DNA of 64,000 bases. It comes from an uncultured Spirochaetota bacterium. GTDB taxonomy: Bacteria > Spirochaetota > Spirochaetia > SZUA-6 > Fen-1364. The number at the start of each line of letters is the position of its first letter. The stretch's first letter is position 1. The DNA lies in the NCBI GenBank assembly GCA_963734545.1, contig CAVTHO010000007.1, positions 64,001 through 128,000 of the forward strand. Direction: 5' to 3'. The notes below the pieces were generated by a model. The model ran no database searches, was not told the origin of the DNA, and saw only the letters and a program-made list of their open reading frames with translations. The translations under genes and the position numbers were made by a program. This document shows positions 1-10,251 of the stretch, piece after piece.

Positions 1-1023
1 GTGACCATTAATGACATAGCCAACGAGGCAGGCGTTTCGATCGCCACGGTTTCGAGGGTGATCAACGACAAGTCCGTCCGGAACACCTCTCGTGCCAAGG
101 TCGAGGCCGCCATACAGAAGCTCAACTTCGTTCCGAATGCCTTTGCCCGCGGCCTCATGAGCAGGCGTTCGCAGACGGTCGGCACCCTGATTACCAGCGT
201 CTCCAACACCTACTACATGGAAATCACCGAGGTGATCGAGCGCCGTTTCCGCGATCAAGGTTCGATGCTCTTCCTGTGCTCGACCAACGGCAGCTATCTG
301 CTGGAGCAGGAGTACATCAGAAACCTGATCGCGCGGCAGGTCGAGGGAATCGTCGTCATAGATCCATCGATAGAGAACTACTCCAATGGGCTGTTCGGCC
401 GCACTGCCAGCCGCATGCCCCTGGTGCTGCTGCATTCCTGGTCGGAGGTCAACGGCTTGAACGCCGTTTCAATCGACCAGGAGCTGGGCATGGTGCGAGT
501 GATGCAGCACTTCTGGGAAATGGGTCACCGAAAGATAGCTTTTCTTCGAGGGGCTGTCGGCCATTCCTACGACATAAAGGAAAACCGGTGGCGGGATTTC
601 CTCTCCGAACACGGCTGCCCCTGTCGACCGGAGTTTCTCGTAGTGATCGCCCAGGGGAACAGCGAGGAAGCAATCCCTCTGGCACGTGACGCCTGCAGGA
701 CCCTCCTCTCGCGTCCGGCCGTCGAACGGCCGAGCGCGATATTCGCCTGCAACGACCTGATGGCTTTGGGAGTCATGGCCGCAGCCAATTCCCTCGGTAT
801 CAGGATCCCGGAGGAGTTGTCGGTGATCGGGCACGACAACACGGCGCTTTCCCTGGCCTGTAATCCGCCGCTGTCCTCGGTGGACCTGAAGCTGAAGAGC
901 CTGGGCAATGCCGCGGTTGACCTTCTGCAGCACGCCATGAACCCGAAAGATCCCGAACCGCGGCGCGTCCTCCTCGAACCGGAGCTGGTGATCCGTGGAT
1001 CGAGCGGACCTTTCCTCAAGTGA
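1..1023 (+). CDS. LacI-family transcriptional regulator
   Basis: N-terminal TINDIANEAGVSIATVSRVIN HTH followed by a sugar-binding domain (AIFACNDLMALG, SVIGHDN). The start is at the window edge. Confidence 0.93.
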   Translation: MTINDIANEAGVSIATVSRVINDKSVRNTSRAKVEAAIQKLNFVPNAFARGLMSRRSQTVGTLITSVSNTYYMEITEVIERRFRDQGSMLFLCSTNGSYLLEQEYIRNLIARQVEGIVVIDPSIENYSNGLFGRTASRMPLVLLHSWSEVNGLNAVSIDQELGMVRVMQHFWEMGHRKIAFLRGAVGHSYDIKENRWRDFLSEHGCPCRPEFLVVIAQGNSEEAIPLARDACRTLLSRPAVERPSAIFACNDLMALGVMAAANSLGIRIPEELSVIGHDNTALSLACNPPLSSVDLKLKSLGNAAVDLLQHAMNPKDPEPRRVLLEPELVIRGSSGPFLK

Positions 1024-1211
1024 CGCTCCCCTGGGAAGGCAGGCCCGCTGCGCGAACTCGTTGCAGATCCGGTTGCATGGAGCAATCTTCATTGCAGGGC
1101 ATGCAAGCCGACTGCCCGGCAACCATGGGACTAATTCTTTCAATCAGGAAGAAATAGCGCAGCTGCCTCTTTTGGCATGGATCTTGTTTGTGATTGGGCG
1201 GGAGCGCAAGC

Positions 1212-2573
1212 ATGATCAAAGTGACATTTCCTGAAAAGTTCACCTGGGGCGTATCCACCTCCGCTTACCAGGTCGAGGGGTACCCGCTCGAGAATGGAGC
1301 CTGTCCCTCCAACTGGCACGAGTTCACCCATTTGCCCGGAAAGGTCATGGATGGCACGAATGGGGACATCGCCTGTGACCACTATCACCGGTACCCGGAG
1401 GATATCAGGACCATGGCCGAGATGGGGCTGAAGGGATATCGCTTCTCGATAGCCTGGACCCGGATAGTTCCTGAGCCGGGAACGATCAGCCAGAAAGGCC
1501 TCGATTTCTACGACCGGTTCATCGATGCCATTCTCGACGCGGGAATCCAGCCATGGGCGACCATCTTTCATCTCGAAGAACCGCTGTGGATTGCACGCTC
1601 GGGGGGCATGAGGAACCGCGCTTCCGTCGACTTCCTCGTGGATTTCGGCACTGCCCTGATGCGCCGGTTCGGTGACCGGGTGAAGAACTGGATCACCGTC
1701 AACGAGCCCACGATCTATGCCTGGTCCTGCTTTGCCATCGGAGAGTTCCCGCCCGGGCGGAAGAACGACCTGCGGGGAATGCTCCGTTCGATTCACCACC
1801 TGCTTCTCGCGCACGCCCGGCTGTCCGACGCATTCTCCTCGCTCGTGTCCGGCGGCATGATCGGCCTGGCCCATCATTTTCTCTGGGTATCGCCGGCAGA
1901 CCCCGCGCGGGAGAAGGACCTTGAAGCAGCCGCGTTCATGGATGATGCCGCAAACAGCATGGTTCTCGACCCCCTGTTCCGCGGCCGATACCCCCCGCGC
2001 GTTGCCAGAAAGCTCGGCAGATTCCTTCCGCGCGGTTTTGAAAGGGATCTCGCGGAGATGGGGAAGCCGGGCACCTACATAGGCATCAACTACTACACGC
2101 GTAACCGCTACCGCTACTCGTTCTTCATGCCGTTCCTGCACGCGACGGAATACATCGACCCTCACGCGCCCCGCAGCGGACAATGGGAGATCTACCCTCC
2201 GGGAATCTTCAAGGCGCTCATTCGCCTCAAGGACGAGTACAGGAACCTGCCCTGCGTCATCACCGAGAACGGCTACCCTGCACGGGAAACTACGGGGAGG
2301 GATCCGCTGGATGATCCTGAGCGGATCGCCTACCTGTCGGACCACGTCGCCATGGTCGGCAAGGCAATCGAGCAGGGCGTAGACTGCCGGGGATATTTCA
2401 TCTGGAGCCTGCTCGACAACTTCGAATGGAACTGGGGCTTGCAGATGCGCAATGGGCTCCTGCGGACGGATTACGCCACCCTTCAGAGGCAGTGGAAAAA
2501 GAGCGCCTACTGGTATCGGGACCTCGCGCGGAGGAACTGGCTGGAGATCGACAAGCTGCCGGTAGAGTCCTGA
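1212..2573 (+). CDS. GH1 beta-glucosidase
   Basis: FTWGVSTSAYQVEG, ACDHYHRY, TVNEP (acid/base), ITENG (nucleophile), WSLLDNFEW. GGAG SD precedes ATG 1212. Confidence 0.95.
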   Translation: MIKVTFPEKFTWGVSTSAYQVEGYPLENGACPSNWHEFTHLPGKVMDGTNGDIACDHYHRYPEDIRTMAEMGLKGYRFSIAWTRIVPEPGTISQKGLDFYDRFIDAILDAGIQPWATIFHLEEPLWIARSGGMRNRASVDFLVDFGTALMRRFGDRVKNWITVNEPTIYAWSCFAIGEFPPGRKNDLRGMLRSIHHLLLAHARLSDAFSSLVSGGMIGLAHHFLWVSPADPAREKDLEAAAFMDDAANSMVLDPLFRGRYPPRVARKLGRFLPRGFERDLAEMGKPGTYIGINYYTRNRYRYSFFMPFLHATEYIDPHAPRSGQWEIYPPGIFKALIRLKDEYRNLPCVITENGYPARETTGRDPLDDPERIAYLSDHVAMVGKAIEQGVDCRGYFIWSLLDNFEWNWGLQMRNGLLRTDYATLQRQWKKSAYWYRDLARRNWLEIDKLPVES

Positions 2574-2587
2574 CGGACCGCGCAGCG

Positions 2588-3394
2588 CTATGAAACGTGA
2601 CGGGCCCGTGGATGCCGCGCGAAGTACTGGACCTCAACCCCCTGGAACTCGCTCGTGAGGTACTTTGCAAGGTTTTCGATGCCCCACATCTCAGAGGTTC
2701 CATGCTCTACCATCACGACTCCCACGCCGAGCTCCACGAAGCGCTCGCGGTCGCGCCAGTACCAGGCCCCGTCGTAGCAGACCACGAGCGCGTCCGCCCC
2801 ACGGTCGATCATGTCCTTGTCCGGTCCTCCGCAGCCGACTCCGATGGCGGGTCTCTTCACCTTCATTCCAGGATCGCCCAGTATCTCCACCCCATCCTGG
2901 CCAAGCGGCCTGACACGGGCGGCGACCTGCCGTGCGAATCCTTCAAGGGTCGTGGGTTCGATCGCGTAGACTGCGTGCCAGCCGCGCTGGATCTCCGCGT
3001 CCCCATTGTCCGCAACAAGATCGGTGAGCCCGAGCCCTTCCGCCCAGGAATCCCGAATGCCGATGCCGGGCCAGCCGTCCCAGATGTCGTGGCAACGCAG
3101 AACGACAATTCCTGTTTTCAGCAAGAACTGTCCCTTGGTCCTGCCCGGCTCGTCGATGCGGCACTGACCGTCCACGGGATCCAAATGGTCGTTGAAGGTC
3201 GGTTCGTGGGTAATGAACAGATCACAGCCGGCCTCGTGGGCGGCCAGGAGATCATAGCTCGTTGCCATCCAGCCCACGCCGATTTTCCGCACGGTTTTCA
3301 GTGGATCCCCGAACTTGACCGTGTCAACGGTGGTTTCCCTGTCTACCCACGGAGCGCGGGACAGGAGGTGCTCACGGATCTCGTTCGTATTCAC
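2588..3394 (-). CDS. Nif3-like dinuclear metal-centre protein
   Basis: TVDTVKFGD, LFITHEPTF, VLRCHD and VEHGTSE motifs. GTG start 9 nt after the permease stop; the ORF-track extension to 3958 overlaps the permease and is spurious. Confidence 0.8.
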   Translation of the reverse strand: MNTNEIREHLLSRAPWVDRETTVDTVKFGDPLKTVRKIGVGWMATSYDLLAAHEAGCDLFITHEPTFNDHLDPVDGQCRIDEPGRTKGQFLLKTGIVVLRCHDIWDGWPGIGIRDSWAEGLGLTDLVADNGDAEIQRGWHAVYAIEPTTLEGFARQVAARVRPLGQDGVEILGDPGMKVKRPAIGVGCGGPDKDMIDRGADALVVCYDGAWYWRDRERFVELGVGVVMVEHGTSEMWGIENLAKYLTSEFQGVEVQYFARHPRARHVS

Positions 3395-3402
3395 TGGCAG
3401 CC

Positions 3403-4257
3403 TCACCCTTTGAGCGAACCTGAGGTCACTCCACGAATGATGAACTTTTGTAGAAATAGGAAGAACACCACGATAGGAAGCATTCCCATGGTCAGCGTGG
3501 CCAGGGCATAATCCCACTGATTCTGATACTGGCCGAAGAAGCCGAATATGGCCAATGGAATCGTCTTGTTGCCGTCGCTGTAGATGACGAGCATCGGGAG
3601 CAGGAAATCGTTCCAGATCCAAAAAGTCTGCAGGATTGCCACTGTAGCGAGAATGGATTTCATGAGGGGCAGCACGATGGAGATGAACAGCGTCGGTGCT
3701 CCGGCCCCGTCCAGGTATGCCGACTCCTCGATCTCGCGGGGAACGGTCTTGGCGAAACCGTGCAGCAGGAATATGGGAAAGGGGATGCCGAAGCCTATGT
3801 AGATGATGATGAGCCCTATCCTGCTGTCCAGGAGACCGAGCAGGCTCGTGACCTTCATCATCGGTATCATGACCGATTGAAACGGCACAATCATTGCGGT
3901 CACGTAAAGTATGAAGATCATTTTGCTGAACCAGTGGGGTCGACGCACCATTCGCCACGCAGCCATCGCGCCGAACATCAACATGAAAAACAGGCTCGCG
4001 GTCGTGATGACGAACGAATTGAAGAATACCAGCGGGAAGTTGACCGTCTTGAACGCCACTGCGTAGTTCAGCAGCATCAACCGCTGGGGCGGTGAAGCCG
4101 CATCCTTGATGATCTCTCCGAAGGTCTTCAAGGAGTTCGCGGTCGTGAAATAGAATGGCGTCAGGAAGAGGAGTGCCAGGAGGGAAGTGATGACCGTGAG
4201 GATCGCCGCAGTGGAGGTCGACAGGGGGGAGGTGTGGACATGCTCGGTTGTGATCAC
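3403..4257 (-). CDS. Carbohydrate ABC transporter permease (MalG-like)
   Basis: Hydrophobic segments, EAA loop EIEESAYLDGA, WNDFLLP. GTG overlaps the upstream stop. Confidence 0.92.
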   Translation of the reverse strand: MITTEHVHTSPLSTSTAAILTVITSLLALLFLTPFYFTTANSLKTFGEIIKDAASPPQRLMLLNYAVAFKTVNFPLVFFNSFVITTASLFFMLMFGAMAAWRMVRRPHWFSKMIFILYVTAMIVPFQSVMIPMMKVTSLLGLLDSRIGLIIIYIGFGIPFPIFLLHGFAKTVPREIEESAYLDGAGAPTLFISIVLPLMKSILATVAILQTFWIWNDFLLPMLVIYSDGNKTIPLAIFGFFGQYQNQWDYALATLTMGMLPIVVFFLFLQKFIIRGVTSGSLKG

Positions 4258-5134
4258 GCTTCGAACTCCAATCGCTTCGTGAGTGTCACCTGGACAAGCG
4301 TGATCGCCCCGACAACAATGAAGAACAAAATCGCCTTCGCTGCGCCTAGACCATAGTTGTTGTATTGGAAAGCCTCGTAGTAGATGTTCAGCGCGAGGGA
4401 TTCCGTCGAGTTGTAGGGTCCTCCTTTCGTCAAGGAGAAAAGAACGTCGAAAATCGACATCGACCACGACAGCATCAGGAAAATGCAGACCGTGAATGCC
4501 GGCATGATGAGCGGCATGGTGATCCGCCTGAACATCTGCAGCCAATTGGCTCCGTCAATGCGCGCCGATTCAAGGAGATGATCATCGATGCTCACAATGG
4601 CAGCGATGTAGACCACCATCAGGTAGCCGGCCGTTTTCCAGGTGAAGACTACCACGAGCGCCCAGAACCCGGTTTCCGGCGTGCCGAGCCACGGCAACTG
4701 GAGAATCCCGATGGGAATCAACTTTGCCAATGCCGGAATGCCGCTCGTGAAAATGAATCGCCAGACGAAGCCGAGGATAATGCCACCGATGATGTTGGGC
4801 AAGAAAAAAACGGCTCTGAGCGGCTTCGTGAACCTGATACGCTCCGTCAGGATGAGGGCGAGTACAAGGCCCAGGGCGTTGGAGACGATCGCGGCCGTAA
4901 AGGTGAACCTCAGCGTGAACCAGGCGGACTGTGCAACCTGCGTGTCCTCCTGGAATATCGTCCTGAAATTCTGGTGCCGACCCATTCGGCCAGGCGGCTC
5001 ACGCCATTCCAGGAAGTGAATGCATAATAGATGCCCAGGAAGAAGGACATCACGACGATAGAGATAAAAAAAATGAGCGCAGGCGACAAGAAGAGAATGT
5101 CGTTGCCGATCTCTCGACCCCTGTTCTTGACCAT
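4254..5134 (-). CDS. Carbohydrate ABC transporter permease (MalF-like), one frameshift near 4975
   Basis: N-terminal part FLSPALIFF..AFTSWNG..WVG in one frame; NFRTIF..LLESARIDGA..TKGGP in the next. Confidence 0.88.
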
Positions 5135-5156
5135 GAACTACCCTCGAAAAACAATA

Positions 5157-5185
5157 CCGCCGCTGGCTGAGATCAGCAGCGGCGG
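5157..5185 (-). other. Intercistronic stem-loop after the solute-binding protein gene
   Basis: CCGCCGCTG-G-CTGA-GA-TCAG-CAGCGGCGG inverted repeat, at the usual position for an mRNA-stabilising hairpin in ABC operons. Confidence 0.6.
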
Positions 5186-5208
5186 GTGATAGATTTACGC
5201 AGCGCGCG

Positions 5209-6466
5209 TCATTTCTTGAGCCGGGCCCATTGTGCGTCCATCTTGGCCAGGGCGTCATCCCACGTCTGCTTTCCGCCTATGTACGCCTGGATATTGTTGG
5301 AGAACTCCTGTGGCATTCCGTCAGGGAACTGGCCGAACATCCAGGGGAGCACTCGATCTTGAGCGCCAGCGGTGAGGAGGTCCTTGCTGATGCCGCCGAG
5401 GCCCGAGGGCGCGATGTCTCCGTACGCCGGAATAAATCCGAACTGTTCCGTCAGGTATTTCTTGCCCGTGTCGGAGCTGACAAGCCAATTGAGGAATTTC
5501 CGGGCCGCCGCCTGGTTCTTTTCGGGTGAAGCCTTGTTGACGACAAAGTAGAACGGAACTCCCAAGGGGAGACGATTGGACTGCTTGGGATCATCCGTCA
5601 GGGGAATGGGGAAAACGCCGATCTCCATGTTCGGATCGACCTTCTGGATTTCGATCTCTTTCCAGTTGCCCTGCTGGATCATGGCCACCTGCCCGCTGGC
5701 AAAGAGCTGCGTCTGCTTGTTGTTGTCCGTGGTAAGCGGATTTTCCTCACCGAACTCGACGTTCAGGTCGATGATCCGCTTCATGTCTTCGAAGCGCGGA
5801 TTGCCGGCCATTTTGGCCGTGCCTTTGAACATTCCATCCATAAACGCCTGCGGATTGTCCTGCGCGGCGAATGCGATGTTTATTAGGTGCAGCCCGAGAA
5901 CCCACCACTCGCCGTAGCCGGTGGCGAATGGCGTATAGCCCGCCGTCTTGATTGCCTTCGCGGCCGCACGAAGCTCGCTGAACGTTCGAGGCGCCTGTGT
6001 GACGCCCGCTTTGCGGAAGATTGCCTTGCTATATATGTAGCCGTACCCCTCGAGGTTGACCGGGCATGCCCATGATCTTGCCGTTCAGGCGAAGACCTTC
6101 GCGCGCGAAGGGGACCGCGCGGGCCACCCAGGGCTCGCTGCTGAGGTCGCTCAGGTAGTCCTTGAAGACCACGGCCTGACCGGGGCCTTCGACGACGAAA
6201 ATGTCGGGTGCGGCATTCGCCGCGAACTTGCTCTTCAGAATGGTCATCCACTGGGCGCCGCCGCCGCGGATTTCGTTGGTGAAGACCACGTCCTTGTTCT
6301 CAGCCGCATAGGCATCGGTGAGTTCGTTCCAGGGAATGCCAACCTTGAAGTGGAAGATATGAAGATTCACCACTCCGCCGCTCTTCGCAGTATCCGACTG
6401 CCCGGCCGCGATCAGGAACGAAACACCGCCCAGCAGCAGTAATGCAGAGAATAATAGTCTTCTCAT
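5209..6466 (-). CDS. Carbohydrate ABC transporter solute-binding protein, one frameshift near 6062
   Basis: Signal peptide, APDIF, MP/VNLEGYGYIY..IF..AGV, FASGQVAMIQQGNW. AGGAGG SD. Confidence 0.88.
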
Positions 6467-6587
6467 CCTTGCCTCCTACTGTAGACATCTATGACATCAG
6501 TGAGAAATGACATCTGCATTGTTCTCCGTGAGGCGCAATCCGCCAGGCCTCTTTTCACCACCTCCTTCTTTCGCACTCGATCGAAAA

Positions 6588-8278
6588 TCACTTCTCATTG
6601 CTCAGCCTGTAGACAGATGCTTCGTACGGCGCCATGTCGGTGCTTTGCAAGAAATCGCGACCGTCAAGGTCATAGTTCGACAAAACGAGTTTCCCCTGGG
6701 TGCCATCGATTTCGCGGGGGATCTCGAAATGGACATTCGCCTTTGAGTAGTTCAGAGCGATGAGAAATTGCTCTCCCTCGCATTCCCGGAGGTAAGCGAA
6801 GATTCTTTCATCTTTTTCCGGGCAGGTTCCTGAAGGTTCCGTACATCAGCGCCCGAGCGCCTTTTCGCAGAGCAATCAGTTTCTTGTAGTACGAAAGCAC
6901 TGAATGCGGATCTTTTTCTGCCGCTTCAACGTTGATCGATGTGTGATTCGGGTTGACGCCAATCCAGGGCGTGCCCGAAGTGAAACCAGCGTTTCGTGAC
7001 GGGTCCCATTGCATCGGCGTTCTCGCGTTGTCCCGGGCTGCGGTATCGAATGATCTCCATGACGTCATTTTCATCGATTCCGTCTTTCATGCTCTTCTCG
7101 TAGTAATTGAGCGTATCCACATCCCTGTAGTCGTCTATCGAGGCGAAACTGCAGTTCGTCATCCCTATCTCTTCGCCTTGATAGATATAGGGCGTCCCTC
7201 TTAATGTCAGGAGAAGTGTCGCCAGCATCTTTGCCGACTGCAATTCATGGCCGCTCCCGCCTCCAAACCTGGACAAGGATCGCGGCTGATCATGGTTTGA
7301 AAAATAGATACCGCTCCATCCTTGACCCTCGAGATCCTCCTGCCATTTTACGATGATCTTTTTCAGATCGATCGGTGACCATTGGCCGTAATCCCATCTC
7401 CCATTCGGACCCCAATCCAGCTCAACGTGCTCGAACGGCAATACCATGCTGAGCTCTCCGTTCGTCTCATTGGTGAAACGCACTGCGTCTCCCGTGGATA
7501 TTTCGACGCACTCTCCGACCGTCATGACGTCGAGACCGGTTCAGCACCCTCGCCTTCATTTCGGTGAGAAACTCATGGAGCCGGGTTCGTTCACAAAGTA
7601 TCTGCCCGCCCATTTGTATCCGCCCGAAGAGCGCGGCATGACGTCGGGGAGGCCAGGAGCTTTTGACAGCACGTTGATGACATCCATGCGAAAGCCGTCG
7701 ATTCCTTTTCGAAGCCACCACGTCATCATCTTGAAGACTTCTTCGCGAACGTCTGCATTTTCCCAGTTGAGATCAGGCTGGCTGCGTGAGAAGAGATGCA
7801 GATAGTATTCCCCAGTCGCAGAATCAAGCTCCCAGGCAGACTCGGAGAAAAAGGACGCCCAGTTGTTTGGTTCCTGTTCGTCCTTTCCCGGTCTCCAGAT
7901 GTAGTAGTCCCGGTGTGCATTGTTCTTCGAGCTCCTGGATTCGATAAACCATGCATGTTGATCGGAGGTATGGTTCACGACCAGGTCCATGATGAGTTTC
8001 AGTCCTCGAGAGTGAATTGCATTCAGCAGGTCCTGCCAGTCTTGAAATGTGCCAAGCTCGGTCATGATGCTGTAGTAGTCGCTGATATCGTATCCTTGAT
8101 CCACGTTCGGCGAGGCATAGACGGGATTGAGCCATATGATGGTGACGCCGAGGTCCACGAGATAGTCCAGCTTCGACGCAATACCTCGAAGGTCGCCGAT
8201 GCCGTCTGAATTGCTGTCCGCAAAGCTCTTGGGATAAATCTGGTAAACGATTCCTTCCTTCCACCAGGTACGCTTCAT
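6588..8278 (-). CDS. GH13 oligo-1,6-/alpha-glucosidase, about four frameshifts (near 7583, 7535, 7035, 6820)
   Basis: WWKEGIVYQIYPKSF, DLVVNHTSDQH, GFRMDVIN, TVGE, SNHDQPR, YQGEEIGM, RDNARTPMQW and C-terminal PYEASVY, spread across frames. Confidence 0.88.
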
Positions 8279-8343
8279 CCCGCCTCCATGAATCTCGGCA
8301 TACGCAGCCGTGCCCGTCCCTGCGCGGAAAACAGGAAATTCAC

Positions 8344-9393
8344 CTATCTCCCCCTTCCTGCTCCACAGGTTTCGCGAACGATAAGCTCCGGCTCTATTAT
8401 CTCGCGAAGAGGCGTGTCTATCGGTTTGTCGTGAATCAGATCCAGAAGACGAGCACAGGCGAGCTCCGCCTGTTTTTCATGTGGTTGATGGATTGTCGTG
8501 AGGCGTGGACGGAAGTGCTTCCCGAGCTCAATATCATCATAGCCAATCACCGGTATGTCTGCGGGAACCCGTACACCCATTTTCGCGAGTCCCGCGATCA
8601 CGCCGATTGCAGTCAGGTCGGAATGGGCAAAGACAGCATCAATTTTCGAAAGCCGGCTCGATTTTTCACATATGGCATCGTAACCGAACTCATACGAGAC
8701 CTTTCCGCGGACAACAGTCAGCTCCTTGAGAGGCACTCCAAAGTCGGACAGGGCGGACCGGCACCCTTCCGTCCTGAGCTCAAACTGGCCGTCCTTGGCT
8801 GCCCTCTCCGTTAGCACGAGAATCCTTCGATGTCCCGCTCTGAGAAGATGCTCGGTGGCGAGATATCCTCCCCGATGATGATCGGTAAGAACGTAGTTGG
8901 TGTCTTTTTCGACGATTGAGGTCGGCACGACGTGGAGAAGCACGAATGGAATGCCGGATCGCTTCATGTGACTCCAGTCTATTGGTTCGATTTCAGGGAG
9001 CACTATGAGAAGACCGTCGACCTTCTTCTGCCATATGAGCTTTTGTATGTTGCTTGTCCCTGTCGAATGATTGAAGGGAAACGTGACGATGCTGTCCAGA
9101 GAACGAGCTTCCAGGCGGCGCCGAAGATCGTTCATAAGCAGTTCCAGGTAGAGAGAGTTCCTGTACTCGGCAAAGAAATCGGGGAAGATGATGCCGATGC
9201 TTCCCGTTCGTCGTGAACTCAAGCCACGTGCATTGGCATTGAAGTCAAAATGATGCCTTCTCGCAACCTTTCTGATGACCTGTTTCATCTCCTCGGAGAT
9301 AAGGGGACTGTCATTCAGACTTCGCGAGACAGTCGAATGGCTCACCCCGACGATTCTCGCGATATCCTTGACCGTGACAGGCGTCTTTCTCAT
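8344..9393 (-). CDS. LacI-family transcriptional regulator
   Basis: TVKDIARIVGVSHSTVSRSLN HTH; VIGYDD, PRLTTIHQP. Confidence 0.93.
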   Translation of the reverse strand: MRKTPVTVKDIARIVGVSHSTVSRSLNDSPLISEEMKQVIRKVARRHHFDFNANARGLSSRRTGSIGIIFPDFFAEYRNSLYLELLMNDLRRRLEARSLDSIVTFPFNHSTGTSNIQKLIWQKKVDGLLIVLPEIEPIDWSHMKRSGIPFVLLHVVPTSIVEKDTNYVLTDHHRGGYLATEHLLRAGHRRILVLTERAAKDGQFELRTEGCRSALSDFGVPLKELTVVRGKVSYEFGYDAICEKSSRLSKIDAVFAHSDLTAIGVIAGLAKMGVRVPADIPVIGYDDIELGKHFRPRLTTIHQPHEKQAELACARLLDLIHDKPIDTPLREIIEPELIVRETCGAGRGR

Positions 9394-9394
9394 C

Positions 9395-9455
9395 TTCCAA
9401 AACATGCACACGTGTGCATGTTTTGGAAACTACTGCGTATTTTCCATGAAGTCAA
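9395..9455 (-). promoter_or_regulatory. Sigma70-like promoter followed by a perfect 34-bp palindrome (probable LacI autoregulatory operator)
   Basis: Minus strand TTGACT-N17-TAGTTT, then TTCCAAAACATGCACACGTGTGCATGTTTTGGAA (9395-9428) abutting the ATG. Confidence 0.75.
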
Positions 9456-9562
9456 ATCCTTTCTTGGAGAGAGCTCTACGACGCAGGTCATTTATCGAGG
9501 AGCCGACCGCGCTGTCGACGATTGACCGTTCTTGCTCTGTGCTTCATGCCGTCCGGGGCTGC

Positions 9563-9620
9563 TTGACATATGCTCATTTAGTTGGTAGAAATAACATCGT
9601 TAACTAAAAAAGCAGTGTTA
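9563..9620 (+). promoter_or_regulatory. Promoter and TAAC-N3-GTTA box upstream of the TetR gene
   Basis: TTGACA (9563)-N17-TAGAAA; TAACATCGTTA at 9592-9602 and a degenerate AAGCAGTGTTA at 9610-9620. Confidence 0.6.
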
Positions 9621-9630
9621 TGGAGTACCC

Positions 9631-10251
9631 ATGGGAATTCCTGAACGGAAGAAACGTGCAAGGGAGGATCTTCGGCAGAAGATCCTCGAAACCGCGGAGG
9701 CGTTGTTCGTCAAAGAGGGCTATGAATCCGTATCCATGCGCAAGATCGCGAGGCAGATCGAGTACTCACCCACGACTATCTACCATTATTTCAAGGACAA
9801 GGGTGAGCTCTTCTTTTTCCTGCTGGAAAGCTACCACGGACAACTCCTGTCCCGCATGGAGGAAATATACCTCCGGGAGAACGATCCGATTGTGACGGTG
9901 AAAGAGGGAATGCGCGCATACACCGAGTTTGGGCTCGCGAACCCCTCCTACTACAAGCTCGCCTTCATGAGCCCGCCGGAGTTCAGGGCGGATTCCTACA
10001 TGGTCGAAGGCTCGAAGGGGACAGTGCTTTTTGTGAAACTGCGCGCCTCGGTTGACCTCTGCATCCGGCAGGGGCTTTTCGCGCCGATGCAGGCCGATCT
10101 TGCCGCCCAGGTGGTCTGGATGATGAATCACGGCGTCACCTCGCTGCTCTTGAGCAATCCCAACTTCCCCTGGGCGGATCGGAATGCGCTTGTCGAGCGC
10201 GTGATCGACACCACGATAGACGGCCTGCGGGCCGGGCGCGGAGGACAATGA
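9631..10251 (+). CDS. TetR/AcrR-family regulator (WHG-like C-terminal domain)
   Basis: ILETAEALFVKEGYESVSMRKIA..YSPTTIYHYFKDK; W..NHG. Confidence 0.92.
   Translation: MGIPERKKRAREDLRQKILETAEALFVKEGYESVSMRKIARQIEYSPTTIYHYFKDKGELFFFLLESYHGQLLSRMEEIYLRENDPIVTVKEGMRAYTEFGLANPSYYKLAFMSPPEFRADSYMVEGSKGTVLFVKLRASVDLCIRQGLFAPMQADLAAQVVWMMNHGVTSLLLSNPNFPWADRNALVERVIDTTIDGLRAGRGGQ

Noticed and set aside
1061-1117. Candidate LacI operators before the GH1 gene (TGCAGATCCGGTTGCA)
   Set aside because: The symmetry is too weak to support without comparative data.
6588-8278. Calling the GH13 gene a pseudogene
   Set aside because: All catalytic motifs are intact and similar single-base indels affect many genes, so assembly error is more likely. 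It cannot be fully excluded with four breaks.
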